DNA of 64,000 nt, from positions 1,709-65,708 of IMG/VR virus record IMGVR_UViG_3300027606_000007; one strand, given 5' to 3'. Numbering within the stretch: the stretch's first letter is position 1; every line of letters begins with the position of its first letter. Of the stretch, positions 1 to 10,283 are shown piece after piece. The notes beneath the pieces are model-generated. The model was not told the DNA's origin. It saw only the letters and a list, made by a program, of their open reading frames with translations, and made no database searches. The stretch is from a virus. Its lineage: Duplodnaviria; Caudoviricetes. The position numbers were made by a program, and so were the translations under genes.

Positions 1-654
1 AAGGGGCTGGCCGGCCTGCAGTACCTGATCGCGAACTCGGAGGTCATCACCGCGGGGGTCGACGGCGGCGGCCTCGACGACATGCTCGGCCTCGCGCTGC
101 TGGGCCGGCGCAAGGATGGGAAATGGCTCCTCTGGACGCGCGCCTGGATCCAGGAGGACGTACTCGACCTGCGGAAGTCGGAGTCAGCGCGCTTCCGGGA
201 CTTCGAGCGCGACGGCGACCTCGTGATCTGCAAGCTCCCCGGCGAGGACGTCGTCCAGGTCGCCGACATCATCGAGAAGGTCGAGAAGGCGCGGCTCCTC
301 GACAAGATCGGCGTCGACCAAGCCGGGATCGCGGCGATCGTGCAGGAGATCGTCGACCGGAAGATCGCGATCGAGCGGATCGTCGGCGTCCCCCAGGGCT
401 GGAAGCTGGTCGGCGCCATCAAAACCACGGAACGCAAGCTCAAAAGCGGCGATCTGTTTCACGGTGGGACCCGGTTGATGGCATACTCCGCCGGCAATGC
501 GAAAGCGGTCCCGCGCGGAAACGCGATGATGATCGACAAGCAGACCTGCGGGACCGCGAAGATCGATCCGCTGATGGCGACGTTCAACGCGGTCACGCTG
601 ATGACCATGGACCCGAAGCCGCTGCGCAAGGAATTCCAGGTCATGGTCTATTAA
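1..654 (+). CDS. terL: Terminase large subunit, C-terminal nuclease part (5'-truncated by window)
   Basis: Frame open from base 1: ...GVDGGGLDDMLGL... and ...KIDPLMATFNA, typical of the RNase H-like nuclease domain of lambda/HK97-type TerL. Confidence 0.92.
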   Translation, partial: KGLAGLQYLIANSEVITAGVDGGGLDDMLGLALLGRRKDGKWLLWTRAWIQEDVLDLRKSESARFRDFERDGDLVICKLPGEDVVQVADIIEKVEKARLLDKIGVDQAGIAAIVQEIVDRKIAIERIVGVPQGWKLVGAIKTTERKLKSGDLFHGGTRLMAYSAGNAKAVPRGNAMMIDKQTCGTAKIDPLMATFNAVTLMTMDPKPLRKEFQVMVY

Positions 655-657
655 AGG

Positions 658-2706
658 GTGAACCCTATGAAGCTGAAGCGCGCATTTGCAACCCTCCAGG
701 TCAAAGCGACGGATTCCGCCGACGGCAAACGGAAGTTCTCCGGCATCGCCTCGACGATCTCCACCGACCGGATGGATGACGTCGTCGTCCCAGGCGGCGC
801 GAAGTTCAAGCTCCCGATCCCCCTGCTGTGGCAGCACAACAGCCGCGAGCCGATCGGATGGGTCACCGCGGTCCGCATCAACGGGAAGCAGATCTCGGTC
901 GACTGCGAGATGCACGTCGAGACCGAACCCGGCAAGCTCAAGGATCGCCTCGATGAGGCGTGGCAGTGCATCAAGGCCGGCCTCGTCCAGGGCCTGTCGA
1001 TCGGCTTCAACCCCATCAAGTCGGCGCGCATCGACGGCACCTGGGGCACGGAGTTCCTCGAATGGGAGTGGCTCGAACTGTCGGCGGTGACCATCGCCGC
1101 GAACGTCGAGGCTTCCATCACCAGCATCAAGTCCGCTGACGATCTCTCGCTGGCCGCGTCCGGCCGTGAGCAAGAGTTCGACGACGGGCGTGACCCTTCC
1201 GCGGCGGCACGCGGGCAGAAACCGACGGTCTCGAAAGCCGTCACCCTCCTCAATCCTCGTAGCCAGAAAGGGCACGAAATGAACATCGCAGAACAGATCA
1301 AGGCTCTCGAAGCCACGCGCAGCGCCAAGGCCGCCGCCGCCATGACCATCATGAGCAAGGCCGCGACCGAAGGCCGCAGCACCGATGCCGAAGAGGCATC
1401 CCAGTACGACGAGATCGCCGCCGAGATCAAGAAGATCGACAGCGACCTCGAACGTCTCCGCAGCCTGGAGAAGATGCAGCTCGCCACGGCGACCACCGTC
1501 GACACCTCGCGCGTCAACGACCCGGCCGCGGCCGCCGTCGTCCGCAGCGGTGCCGATCGCGGCGTCGACATCGGCGAGCGCGGCATCATCTCCGTCCGCC
1601 GCAACCTGCCGAAGGGAACGTCCTTCACCCGCTTCGTCCAGGCCATGGCCCGCACGAAGGGCAACATCTTCGAGGCGAACCACGTCGTCTCGTCGCTGTG
1701 CGCCAAGGGCGGCGCGTGGCACGACACGCCCGAACTCGTGAACGTCATGAAGGCCGCGTCCGACTACGGCACGACGACCGACACCGACTTCGCGTCGAAA
1801 CTGGTGTACTACACCAACATGGTCGACGAGTTCGTCGAGCTGCTGCGCCCGGCGACGATCCTCGGCAAGTTCGGCCAGAACGGCGTCCCCGCGCTGCGCC
1901 GCGTGCCGATGAACATCCGCATGGTCACCCAGACCGGCGGCGGGACCTACGGCTGGGTCGGTGAAGGCGCCGCGAAGCCGGTCGGCGAGCTGACCCTCGG
2001 CGAGGTGACCCTCCGCTGGGCGAAGGCGGCCGGCATCATCGTTCTGTCCGACGAGCTGGTGAAGTTCTCGTCCCCCTCGGCCGAGGAAGTCGTCCGTCGC
2101 GACATGATCGAAGGCATGGCCCAGTTCCTGGACCGCCAGTTCATCGATCCGCAGATCGCCGCCGTCGCGAACGTGTCGCCGGCCTCGATCACGAACGGCG
2201 TCACCGACGTCCCGTCGACCGGCACGACCGCCGACGCGATGCGGACCGACGTGAACACGCTCTATGCGAAGTTCCCGGCGGCGACCCTGAACATGGCGTC
2301 CGGCGTCTGGATCATGTCGCAGCGCCGCGCGATCGCGATCTCGCTGATGCGCAACACGCTGGGCCAGAAGGAATACCCGGACATGACCCCGCTCGGCGGC
2401 ACGTTCGAGGGCTTCCCGGTGATCGTGTCCGAGAACGTTCCGGACGACAGCGCCGGCGGCATGATGGTGTTCGTCCTCGCGAACGAGATCTTCTACAGCG
2501 ATGACGGCCCCGTCACCATCGACGCGAGCCGCGAGGCCTCGCTGCAGATGAACACCACGCCGGACAACCCGACCACCGCGTCGACCGTCATGGTCAGCCT
2601 CTGGCAGCGCAACCTCGTCGGCCTGCGCGCCGAGCGTTACGCGAACTGGCAGAAGCGCCGCGCCCAGGCGGTGCAGTACATCTCCAGCGCCGCTTACGTC
2701 GACTGA
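658..2706 (+). CDS. Fused HK97-type prohead protease + major capsid protein
   Basis: N-terminal protease motifs (LLWQHN, GLSIGF, ELSAVTIAAN) in frame with coiled-coil delta domain and capsid motifs (WVGEGAAKP, LWQRNLVGLRAER); start may be ATG 667. Confidence 0.92.
   Translation: MNPMKLKRAFATLQVKATDSADGKRKFSGIASTISTDRMDDVVVPGGAKFKLPIPLLWQHNSREPIGWVTAVRINGKQISVDCEMHVETEPGKLKDRLDEAWQCIKAGLVQGLSIGFNPIKSARIDGTWGTEFLEWEWLELSAVTIAANVEASITSIKSADDLSLAASGREQEFDDGRDPSAAARGQKPTVSKAVTLLNPRSQKGHEMNIAEQIKALEATRSAKAAAAMTIMSKAATEGRSTDAEEASQYDEIAAEIKKIDSDLERLRSLEKMQLATATTVDTSRVNDPAAAAVVRSGADRGVDIGERGIISVRRNLPKGTSFTRFVQAMARTKGNIFEANHVVSSLCAKGGAWHDTPELVNVMKAASDYGTTTDTDFASKLVYYTNMVDEFVELLRPATILGKFGQNGVPALRRVPMNIRMVTQTGGGTYGWVGEGAAKPVGELTLGEVTLRWAKAAGIIVLSDELVKFSSPSAEEVVRRDMIEGMAQFLDRQFIDPQIAAVANVSPASITNGVTDVPSTGTTADAMRTDVNTLYAKFPAATLNMASGVWIMSQRRAIAISLMRNTLGQKEYPDMTPLGGTFEGFPVIVSENVPDDSAGGMMVFVLANEIFYSDDGPVTIDASREASLQMNTTPDNPTTASTVMVSLWQRNLVGLRAERYANWQKRRAQAVQYISSAAYVD
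1266..1281 (+). promoter_or_regulatory. Putative internal RBS and in-frame ATG (1279) for capsid-only product
   Basis: GAAAGGG 6 nt before in-frame ATG at codon 208, at the end of a low-complexity linker. Confidence 0.6.
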
Positions 2707-2732
2707 TCTGCATCCGCAGTTGCCCAACGACG

Positions 2733-2758
2733 ACCAGCCCTTCGGGGCTGGTTTTTTT
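2733..2758 (+). terminator. Rho-independent terminator after capsid gene
   Basis: ACCAGCCC-TTCG-GGGCTGGT perfect 8-bp stem followed by a T run. Confidence 0.9.
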
Positions 2759-2772
2759 AGGAGAGCCGAATC

Positions 2773-3279
2773 ATGGAAGACCTCAAGACCAAGCACCTTG
2801 TCGCGACGCGCCGCTTCCCCTACCAGACGCGACACCTCGCCGCCGACGAACACTTCGTCGCCGCGTCCGAACGCGACGCGCAGATCCTGACCGCCGTCGG
2901 CCGCGCCCGCTACGCGACGAAGGACGAGATCGCCGGCAACACCGGCGACGAGCAGGCCTCGACCTCGAAGACCGCCGCGAAGACCCCCGCCAAAGCCAAG
3001 GCCTCGCAGCCTGCCGCGAAGAAGCCGGCCACCGCGCCCGCCGCGCCGACCACGGCCCCCGCACCGGCGCCGGCCCAGGCCGAGCAGCACCAGCGCCGCG
3101 CCAGCGATGACGGCCAGCCCGCGGCCGGAACCCAGGTTCCCGTCCAGCCGCCGAGCCCCGGCGCCGTCGGTCCGATGACGACCGGCTCCTCGCCGCTGGT
3201 CCCGGATCACATCCGCGGCGGCAACGAACCGGCCGCCGGCGACAAGCCCGCCGACGAAGCTCCGAAGACGGAGCAGTGA
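2773..3279 (+). CDS. Hypothetical head-associated protein with Pro/Ala/Thr-rich tail
   Basis: GGAG RBS, position after capsid, compact N-terminal domain plus low-complexity C-terminus. Confidence 0.7.
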   Translation: MEDLKTKHLVATRRFPYQTRHLAADEHFVAASERDAQILTAVGRARYATKDEIAGNTGDEQASTSKTAAKTPAKAKASQPAAKKPATAPAAPTTAPAPAPAQAEQHQRRASDDGQPAAGTQVPVQPPSPGAVGPMTTGSSPLVPDHIRGGNEPAAGDKPADEAPKTEQ

Positions 3280-3512
3280 TGGCGGAGGTCGTCGTCGAGG
3301 TGAAGGTCCCGCGCCTGACCCGCGCGCTTCTGGCCGCCGCATCTGCAGCACTGAGCCCGGTGACGTGGCTCCTGCTGCTGGTGATCGGCGGATTCGCATT
3401 GACGACGATCGGCGTCGGCGTGACATTGGGGGCCGGGCCCGCGATGATCCTGCTCGGCGTCGAGTTCTTCATCGTCGCAGGCCTGATCGTGAAGGGAATG
3501 ACCCGTGAATGA
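3276..3512 (+). CDS. Small two-TM membrane protein
   Basis: Two hydrophobic segments; overlaps both neighbours. Confidence 0.65.
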   Translation: MMAEVVVEVKVPRLTRALLAAASAALSPVTWLLLLVIGGFALTTIGVGVTLGAGPAMILLGVEFFIVAGLIVKGMTRE

Positions 3513-4944
3513 GATGACCGTCTTCGGCGCGCTCCGCAACGCCTTCCGCGGCAAGGCCGCCGTCGGCGTCACCGACACGTCGCTCCTCAGCGGCGGCCGC
3601 GGCTGGTATCCGCTGGTGCGCGAGCCGTTTACCGGCGCGTGGCAACGGAACATGGAGATCCGGCAGGACCTCGCGACCGCGAATTACGCGGTCTATGCCT
3701 GCATCACCCTGATCGCGGCCGACGTCGGCAAGCTGGACCTCAACCTCGTCGAGCGCGACGCCGACGGCATCTGGGAAGCTGTCACGAGCCCGGCCTTCTC
3801 GCCTGTCCTCGCGAAGCCGAACGATTTCCAGACCCGGCAGCAGTTCCTCGAAAACTGGATGGTCTCGAAGCTGTCGCGCGGGAACACCTACGTCCTCAAG
3901 GGCCGCGACAATCGCGGCGTCGTGACCCGCCTCTGGATCCTGGATCCGTCGCGCGTGAAGCCTCTCATCACGACGCTCGGCGACGTCTACTACCAGCTCT
4001 CGACGGACAACCTCGCCGGCATCGAGGAGGCCGAGATCACGGTCCCGGCGTCGGAGATCATTCACGATCGCTGCACGCCGCTGTATCACCCCCTCTGCGG
4101 CGTCCCGCCGCTGATCGCGTGCGGGCTCGCGGCGATGCACTCGATGAAGCTGACCGAGAACATGGCGCAGCTCTTCGCGAACATGAGCCAGCCCGGCGGC
4201 ATCCTGTCGGCGCCGGACCACATCGAGGACGACACCGCGAAGCGGATCAAGGACCACTTCGACCAGAACTACAGCGGCGCCAATGCCGGCAAGGTGGCCG
4301 TCCTCGGCGACGGGCTGAAATACGAACAGCTCGCCTTCAAGCCGGTCGACGCGCAGGTCGTCGAGCAGTTCAAGCTGACGGGGACCATGGTCTGCGCCGC
4401 TTTCCACGTCCCGCCCTTCAAAGTTCACCTCGGCGAGCTTCCCGCGGGCCAGAAGGCCAGCGACCAGAACCAGATCTATTACAGCGACTGTCTGCAGGCG
4501 CACATGACGGGCATCGAGAACGGCCTCGACCACGGTCTGAAGCTGACCGAGATCGTCGGGAAGACCCTCGGCACGATGTTCGACACCGACGGCCTCCTCC
4601 GCATGGACCAGCTCACGCAGATGCAGGTCCAGAGCGAGGGCGTGAAGGGCGGCATCTTCAAGCCGAACGAAGCCCGCCGCACCTTCAACCGGAAGCCGGT
4701 CGTCGGCGGCGACACGCCCTACATGCAGCAGCAGAATTTCGCGCTGTCCGACCTCTTCAAGCGGAGCCAGCAGGAGGACCCCTTCAAGACCGCGGCCCCT
4801 CCGGCACCGGCGCCGGCCGCGGCCAACGACGACGCCGCGGATCCTGCGGCCGCCGAGGACGACGTCGACGCCGAGGACGAGGACCTGAAGAGCTTCGCCG
4901 CGGCCCTGGAGAAGGGACTCGCGGAGGCTCTCCATGTCGCGTGA
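3505..4944 (+). CDS. Portal protein, HK97 family
   Basis: [43 protein letters not shown] motifs. Confidence 0.93.
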   Translation: MNEMTVFGALRNAFRGKAAVGVTDTSLLSGGRGWYPLVREPFTGAWQRNMEIRQDLATANYAVYACITLIAADVGKLDLNLVERDADGIWEAVTSPAFSPVLAKPNDFQTRQQFLENWMVSKLSRGNTYVLKGRDNRGVVTRLWILDPSRVKPLITTLGDVYYQLSTDNLAGIEEAEITVPASEIIHDRCTPLYHPLCGVPPLIACGLAAMHSMKLTENMAQLFANMSQPGGILSAPDHIEDDTAKRIKDHFDQNYSGANAGKVAVLGDGLKYEQLAFKPVDAQVVEQFKLTGTMVCAAFHVPPFKVHLGELPAGQKASDQNQIYYSDCLQAHMTGIENGLDHGLKLTEIVGKTLGTMFDTDGLLRMDQLTQMQVQSEGVKGGIFKPNEARRTFNRKPVVGGDTPYMQQQNFALSDLFKRSQQEDPFKTAAPPAPAPAAANDDAADPAAAEDDVDAEDEDLKSFAAALEKGLAEALHVA

Positions 4945-5446
4945 TGGTCGCGACGGTCGTGACGGGCGCGACGGCGTCGACGGCCTCCCGGGCGAGCAAG
5001 GACCGCGGGGCGAGCGCGGCCTCCGCGGCGAGCCGGGCCCGCGCGGTGAGACCGGCGCCGAAGGACCGGAAGGCCCGGCCGGCGAAAAGGGTGATCGCGG
5101 CGATCGCGGTGAGAAAGGCGAGCGCGGCCCCGCGGGACTGAACGGTCTTCCGGGCCGCAACGGCGCCGACGGCAAGGACGGCGCTCCAGGCGAGCGCGGG
5201 CCGCGTGGCCCCGCCGGTCCCCTGGGTCCGATGCCCGATCACGAGTGGGACGACGGAAAGCTCCGCTTCCAGCGTCAGAACGAAGACGGCGACACCGTCT
5301 GGGGCGACTGGGAAAATCTCCGCGGGCCGAAGGGTCCGAAAGGCCCCGCCGGACCGCCGGGCGCGAGCGGCGGCGGATCTGGCGGCGGCAACAGCGGCGG
5401 CGGTGCCGTCACGAGCTACGGCTATTTCCCCCAGGGCTGGACCTGA
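4934..5446 (+). CDS. Collagen-like protein (32 uninterrupted Gly-X-Y triplets)
   Basis: Counted from translation; short C-terminal domain ending YGYFPQGWT. Confidence 0.85.
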   Translation: MSRDGRDGRDGRDGVDGLPGEQGPRGERGLRGEPGPRGETGAEGPEGPAGEKGDRGDRGEKGERGPAGLNGLPGRNGADGKDGAPGERGPRGPAGPLGPMPDHEWDDGKLRFQRQNEDGDTVWGDWENLRGPKGPKGPAGPPGASGGGSGGGNSGGGAVTSYGYFPQGWT

Positions 5447-5449
5447 ATC

Positions 5450-6697
5450 ATGAGCATCGTCATCCTCGACAACTTCAACGGCGCCGCCGGCGACCTCACC
5501 GGCCACGCCCCGGACGTCGCCGTCGGCATGACGGACGAATGGCAGCTCGACTCCGGCTCCGGGGACATGGTCCTCACCGGATCCGGTGGCATCACCTTCG
5601 ACGGGAACAGCGCATCGACGACCTATGTCCTGACGGGCGACTTCAACATCCCGCTCCCCTTCGCGATGGAATTCGTGATGAACGGTTCCGTCACGAACTG
5701 TCAGGCATCGATGCGACTGCAGGACGACGCGACGGGATCCGACGTTTTCATGGACCTCCGCACCGACGACAGCGACGGCCCGGTGACTGGGGAGTTCCGC
5801 ACTTTCACCAACTTCAGCGGATCCGGCGCCGGCAACAACCCGATTTCAGGCACCTCGAAATGCCGCGCCGAGTGGTATCCCGACGGCCTCGTGAAGGTCT
5901 ACTTCGACGATGTCGAGGTCTATCACGGCGACGTCAACGGCGGAAACCCGCCGCAGACCTCGCACTATGACCGGCTCCTGGTCCGGATCCAGAACCCGGC
6001 GAGCCCGGACATCAACGTCGTCGACTACGTCCTCGTCGAGGCACTCGATCCGAACGTCAAGATCTACGAGGACACCTTCACGGGATCCGCTGGGACCGTG
6101 GTCGGTCACACGCCGGACACCTCGCCGCCTTCCTTCAGCGGCTACAGCTCCGGCCTGTCGCTCGACGGTTCCGGCGCGCTGGTGAATGCGACAGGCACGG
6201 CCGGCGCCACGGAGTCGGAGTTCGATGCCGACATCGAACTCGAATATCCGTTCATGGTGTCATTCGATGTCGAGCCGCTCGTCGACGGCGCGCAGCTACG
6301 TCTCAACATCGAGAACACCGTCACATCCGACCTCATCTTCATCGACTGCCGATGGAGCAACGGCGAGCTTCGGATCGCCATCAACGGAGGCGGATCGCAG
6401 AGCTGGTATCCGGGCGCCGATTTCGGGACCACGCGATTCCGCATGCGCTGGGAGTTCTACGAGGACGGAACGGTCTACCTCTACTCCAGCGGGATATTCC
6501 TGGAGATCAAGACCGTCGCGAACGCGCCGCCGGCACTGTCTTACGACCGTGTGACCTTCGGCATCGACAACGGCGGCGGCGGAAACTCGCTGATCTACCG
6601 CGCCAGCATCGAACAGATGCCCACGGGTGAGGCCCCTCCTGAAGGCGCTCCGATCCCTGTCATCATCCAGCACCTGAGAAACCAGGGGATCCTATGA
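5450..6697 (+). CDS. Putative virion protein with two tandem beta-rich (lectin-like?) domains
   Basis: Internal repeat LDNFNGAAGDLTGHAPDV / EDTFTGSAGTVVGHTPDT; acidic, Gly/Ser/Thr rich. Confidence 0.7.
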   Translation: MSIVILDNFNGAAGDLTGHAPDVAVGMTDEWQLDSGSGDMVLTGSGGITFDGNSASTTYVLTGDFNIPLPFAMEFVMNGSVTNCQASMRLQDDATGSDVFMDLRTDDSDGPVTGEFRTFTNFSGSGAGNNPISGTSKCRAEWYPDGLVKVYFDDVEVYHGDVNGGNPPQTSHYDRLLVRIQNPASPDINVVDYVLVEALDPNVKIYEDTFTGSAGTVVGHTPDTSPPSFSGYSSGLSLDGSGALVNATGTAGATESEFDADIELEYPFMVSFDVEPLVDGAQLRLNIENTVTSDLIFIDCRWSNGELRIAINGGGSQSWYPGADFGTTRFRMRWEFYEDGTVYLYSSGIFLEIKTVANAPPALSYDRVTFGIDNGGGGNSLIYRASIEQMPTGEAPPEGAPIPVIIQHLRNQGIL

Positions 6698-8124
6698 CCA
6701 TCAAGCTCCGCCAATCGACCGCGAGTCAGGAACTCCCGCTCGGCTACTTCCTCGACAGCACCGACGGCGACACGCCGGAGACGGCGCTCACGATCGCGAA
6801 CACCGACATCAAGATCTGGAAGACGGGCGCGACGACGCTCGCCGACAAGAACAGCGGCGGCGCGACGCACATCGCCGGCGGCATCTACTACACGACGCTC
6901 GACGCGACGGACACGAACACCCTCGGCCCGATGGTGATCTTCGTCAAGGTCGCCGGCGCGCTGGCCGTGCGCCTGGAGTGCGAGGTCCTCGCGGCCAATG
7001 TCTACGATTCGCTCATCGCCGGATCCGATCAGCTCCAGGTCGACGTCACCCAGTTCGGCGGCACGAATGCGACGGCCACCGGCGGCCGGCCGGAGGTCAA
7101 CACCACGCACGCCGCCGGCACGGCCTGGGGATCTGGCGCGATCACCGCGGGGGTGATCGCGACGGATGCGATCGGCGCCGCCGAGCTGGCCGCAGACGCA
7201 GTGACCGAGATCGTGACCGGCGTCTGGGCCGCCGCGGCGCGCACGCTGACCGCGCTCGACGAAGACAGCACGACCCTCGACCTCGACAACACGATCCGGG
7301 CCGCGGTCGGCCTGTCCTCGGCGAACCTGGACACGCAGCTTTCCACGATCGACACCGTCGTCGACTCCATCCTTGCCGACACCGCGGCCATGGATTCGCG
7401 CCTGCCGTCGGATCCGGCAGACGCCTCGGACATCGCCTCGGCCTTCGGCACCGTCAACAGCACGCTCGGCACGATCGCCGGCTACATCGACACCGAGGTC
7501 GGCGCGATCAAGTCCGTCACCGACAAGCTCGACGACACGCTGGAGGACAGCGGCGGCGGCGTCTGGATCTTCACCGAGGCCGCGCTCGCGAACGCGCCGG
7601 CCGGCGGTGGCGGCGGCGGCGACGCGACGGAGGCGAAGCAGGACATCATCATCGCGGCGCTCGCCGTGGTCGACGGCAATGTCGACGGGCTCGTGACCGC
7701 CGTTGCCGACCTGCCGACGAATTCGGAGCTGTCGACCGCCCTCGCTTCTTCCGACGATGCCGTCATGGCCCGCCTCGGCGCGCCGGTGGGCGCCAGCCTG
7801 TCGGCCGACCTCGCGGCCGTGAAGTCGGACACCGCGGCGATCCTGCTCGACACCGGAACCGACGGCGTCGTCGTCGCGGCCGGGTCGAAAGAGGGATACC
7901 GCCTCAGCTCGACGGGCGTCGACGACATCCTGGACGAGTCGGTCGAGACCGGCGCCACGGTGCGGCAGTCGCTGCGCCTGTCGAATGCGGCGCTCGGCGG
8001 CAAGGCCTCCGGCCTGGAGACGACGGAAGCCACGTTCCGAGATCTCGCCGACACGAAGGATCGCCTCGTCGCGACGGTCGACGATAACGGAAACCGGACC
8101 GCGGTGACGCGCGACCTCACGTAA
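6694..8124 (+). CDS. Putative virion structural/fibre protein
   Basis: ATGA-coupled; Thr/Ala/Asp/Gly-rich 476 aa in the head module. Confidence 0.7.
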   Translation: MTIKLRQSTASQELPLGYFLDSTDGDTPETALTIANTDIKIWKTGATTLADKNSGGATHIAGGIYYTTLDATDTNTLGPMVIFVKVAGALAVRLECEVLAANVYDSLIAGSDQLQVDVTQFGGTNATATGGRPEVNTTHAAGTAWGSGAITAGVIATDAIGAAELAADAVTEIVTGVWAAAARTLTALDEDSTTLDLDNTIRAAVGLSSANLDTQLSTIDTVVDSILADTAAMDSRLPSDPADASDIASAFGTVNSTLGTIAGYIDTEVGAIKSVTDKLDDTLEDSGGGVWIFTEAALANAPAGGGGGGDATEAKQDIIIAALAVVDGNVDGLVTAVADLPTNSELSTALASSDDAVMARLGAPVGASLSADLAAVKSDTAAILLDTGTDGVVVAAGSKEGYRLSSTGVDDILDESVETGATVRQSLRLSNAALGGKASGLETTEATFRDLADTKDRLVATVDDNGNRTAVTRDLT

Positions 8125-8134
8125 GGGGCCGCCG

Positions 8135-8503
8135 GTGTTCGGGCGTCACTTCTTCGCCGGCCGCTACTTCGGCGGCCGCTTCTTCGGGGATGGAGGCGAT
8201 CAGGCCCCGCCGGGCGCGAGCGCGGCCGAGATCTGGGCTTACGTCCTCCCGAACGGGAAGACCGCGGGGCAGAACCTCGCCGAGGTCAACGACGCGCTTT
8301 CAGCGATCGAGACCCTGACCGGCTTCTCGCTGGCCGAGTCGCTCTCGATCCTGTTGGCCGTGGCCGCCGGCAAGACGACAATCACCGCGCACGGCGGCGG
8401 CGCGGCGCGCGTGGAATTCGAGTCCGTTGACGGCAGCGGCGACGTCGTCGTCGGCGCCGATATGACGGGCAGCGCGCGGACCGACGTCGACCTCAACCCA
8501 TAG
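8135..8503 (+). CDS. Putative virion protein, C-terminal domain similar to that of 6694-8124
   Basis: GTG start with RBS; N-terminal [13 protein letters not shown]; C-terminal similarity seen by eye. Confidence 0.6.
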   Translation: MFGRHFFAGRYFGGRFFGDGGDQAPPGASAAEIWAYVLPNGKTAGQNLAEVNDALSAIETLTGFSLAESLSILLAVAAGKTTITAHGGGAARVEFESVDGSGDVVVGADMTGSARTDVDLNP

Positions 8504-8511
8504 GGCAGACC

Positions 8512-9669
8512 ATGAACAAAATCGAAGCACTGGCCGCCTCGGTCATCAAGTCCGTCACGGGCTTCGTCGACAAGAAGCTCGAAGAGGCGCTGCGGCCGAT
8601 GCAGCTCCGCCTGTCCGAGATCAAGGACGGCAAGGACGGCGTCGACGGCAAGGAAGGGCCGCAGGGCCCGGCCGGCATCAAGGGCGACACCGGCGAGCGC
8701 GGCGAGATCGGTCCTCAAGGGGTGGCCGGCGAAATCGGTCCCCAGGGAGAGAAAGGCGTCGACGGCGCCGCCGGCCCGCAGGGTTTGAAGGGCGACCCCG
8801 GCGACCGTGGCCCGCAGGGTGATCGCGGCGAACCCGGACCGCAGGGGGAGAAGGGCGTCGACGGCGCCGCGGGTCCCCAGGGCCCGGCCGGCGAAACTGG
8901 CCCCCAGGGTCCGCAGGGCCCCCAGGGCGAGAAGGGGGTCGACGGCGAGCCGGGCCCCCAGGGCGAGAAAGGCGAGAAGGGCGACCGCGGTGATCCGGGC
9001 CCGGCCGGCGACATCGGCCCCGCCGGTCCTCAAGGCGAGAAGGGCCTCCCCGGCGACGCCGGTCCTGCTGGCCCCGCTGGCGATCGCGGCATGCCGGGCG
9101 AGAAGGGGATCGACGGGCGCGACGGGCGCGACGGCAAGGACGGTCCGCCGGGGCGCGACGCCATGCAGATCGACATCCTCCGCAGCATCGACCCGGAGCG
9201 CAGCTACCCGCGCGGCACCTTCGCGCATCACGACGGCGGCGTCTGGCGCTCGTTCAAGACGACGGAGGGGATGGACGGCTGGGACTGCATCTGGTCAGGC
9301 ATCAAGGAAGTCCGGGTCGAGATGGCCGCCGACGATGACCGGCTCTCGGTCGAGACCGTCGTCCTCAGCGACGGCCGCGAGTTCAAGCATCAGCGCGTCG
9401 CCGTCGACATGCGCTACCGTGGCGTCTGGAAGGAAGGCAGCTATCGACGAGGCGACTCCGTCACGCGCGACGGGTCGATCTGGGTCTGCCGCAACGCCGA
9501 GACGACGGAGCAGCCGCGCGAGGGCGCCGCGGACTGGCAACTCGCGGTGAAGCGCGGCTCGCCCGGCAAGGACGGCGCCGCCGGCGCGCCTGGACTGAAC
9601 GGAAAGGCCGGAGCGCCCGGCATCAACTACGGCAACATTCCGCCGGAGTTCGGAGGAGCCCCGCGATGA
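8512..9669 (+). CDS. Collagen-like protein (about 59 Gly-X-Y triplets) with C-terminal YRGVW domain
   Basis: Long GXY run; C-terminal [29 protein letters not shown]. Confidence 0.85.
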   Translation: MNKIEALAASVIKSVTGFVDKKLEEALRPMQLRLSEIKDGKDGVDGKEGPQGPAGIKGDTGERGEIGPQGVAGEIGPQGEKGVDGAAGPQGLKGDPGDRGPQGDRGEPGPQGEKGVDGAAGPQGPAGETGPQGPQGPQGEKGVDGEPGPQGEKGEKGDRGDPGPAGDIGPAGPQGEKGLPGDAGPAGPAGDRGMPGEKGIDGRDGRDGKDGPPGRDAMQIDILRSIDPERSYPRGTFAHHDGGVWRSFKTTEGMDGWDCIWSGIKEVRVEMAADDDRLSVETVVLSDGREFKHQRVAVDMRYRGVWKEGSYRRGDSVTRDGSIWVCRNAETTEQPREGAADWQLAVKRGSPGKDGAAGAPGLNGKAGAPGINYGNIPPEFGGAPR

Positions 9670-10283
9670 AGACCCCGAAGATCATCCAGACCGTCGACGA
9701 CGAGGTCATCCCCTTGGAGGAGCTGCGCCAGCAGTGCGAGATCGTCACGACCGAGATCGACTCCGACGGTGAGGAGTCCCATCCCGACGACGCGCTGATC
9801 CGCGGCTACCTGCTGGCGGCCGTGGCCTTCGCCGAGAAGTTCACGGGGAAGGCGATCGCACGCCGGATCTACGAGTTCGGCCTCGACAACTTCCCATGCC
9901 GCGGCGGAGCCATCGAGATCCCCCGGCCGCCGCTGATCGAGATCATCTCGTTCACCTCGGAGCCGGGGTCCGACGGGCAAGTCGAGCCGAGCCTCTACAG
10001 CGTCGACGACCTCGGCGACGTCGCGCGGATCTGCTGCGTCGGCGTCGCATGGCCCTACCAGCCGAACGCGACGAACGCGATCCGCGTCCGCTTCGAGGCT
10101 GGCTACGGTGACGACAGCGACGGCGCCGAGCCTCTGCCGGCGAACATCAAGCAGGCCCTCCTCTTGACCGTTGCGGACTGGTACAAAAACCGCGAAGCCA
10201 CCGTCGACGGCTCGCTGCAGGAGCTTCCGATCGGCGCCCTCGTGCTGCTGCGTCAGGATCGCGTCCGCCTGGGGATGGCATGA
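9666..10283 (+). CDS. Head-tail connector (gp6/phiE125 gp8-like)
   Basis: [46 protein letters not shown]. Confidence 0.88.
   Translation: MKTPKIIQTVDDEVIPLEELRQQCEIVTTEIDSDGEESHPDDALIRGYLLAAVAFAEKFTGKAIARRIYEFGLDNFPCRGGAIEIPRPPLIEIISFTSEPGSDGQVEPSLYSVDDLGDVARICCVGVAWPYQPNATNAIRVRFEAGYGDDSDGAEPLPANIKQALLLTVADWYKNREATVDGSLQELPIGALVLLRQDRVRLGMA

Noticed and set aside
1438-1449. DSDL in the capsid delta domain as another sequon copy
   Set aside because: Lies in a coiled coil that is probably cleaved off, and lacks the Gly; likely coincidental
184-3426. 1080-aa antisense ORF and similar long shadow ORFs (3469-5175, 16659-18158, 22880-24622, 34405-37086)
   Set aside because: They lie opposite well-supported genes, have no recognisable motifs, and are expected in high-GC DNA
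8620-9160. Short DNA repeats in collagen genes as CRISPR, VNTR or DGR template
   Set aside because: Explained by Gly-X-Y coding; no spacer structure, cas genes or reverse transcriptase in the window
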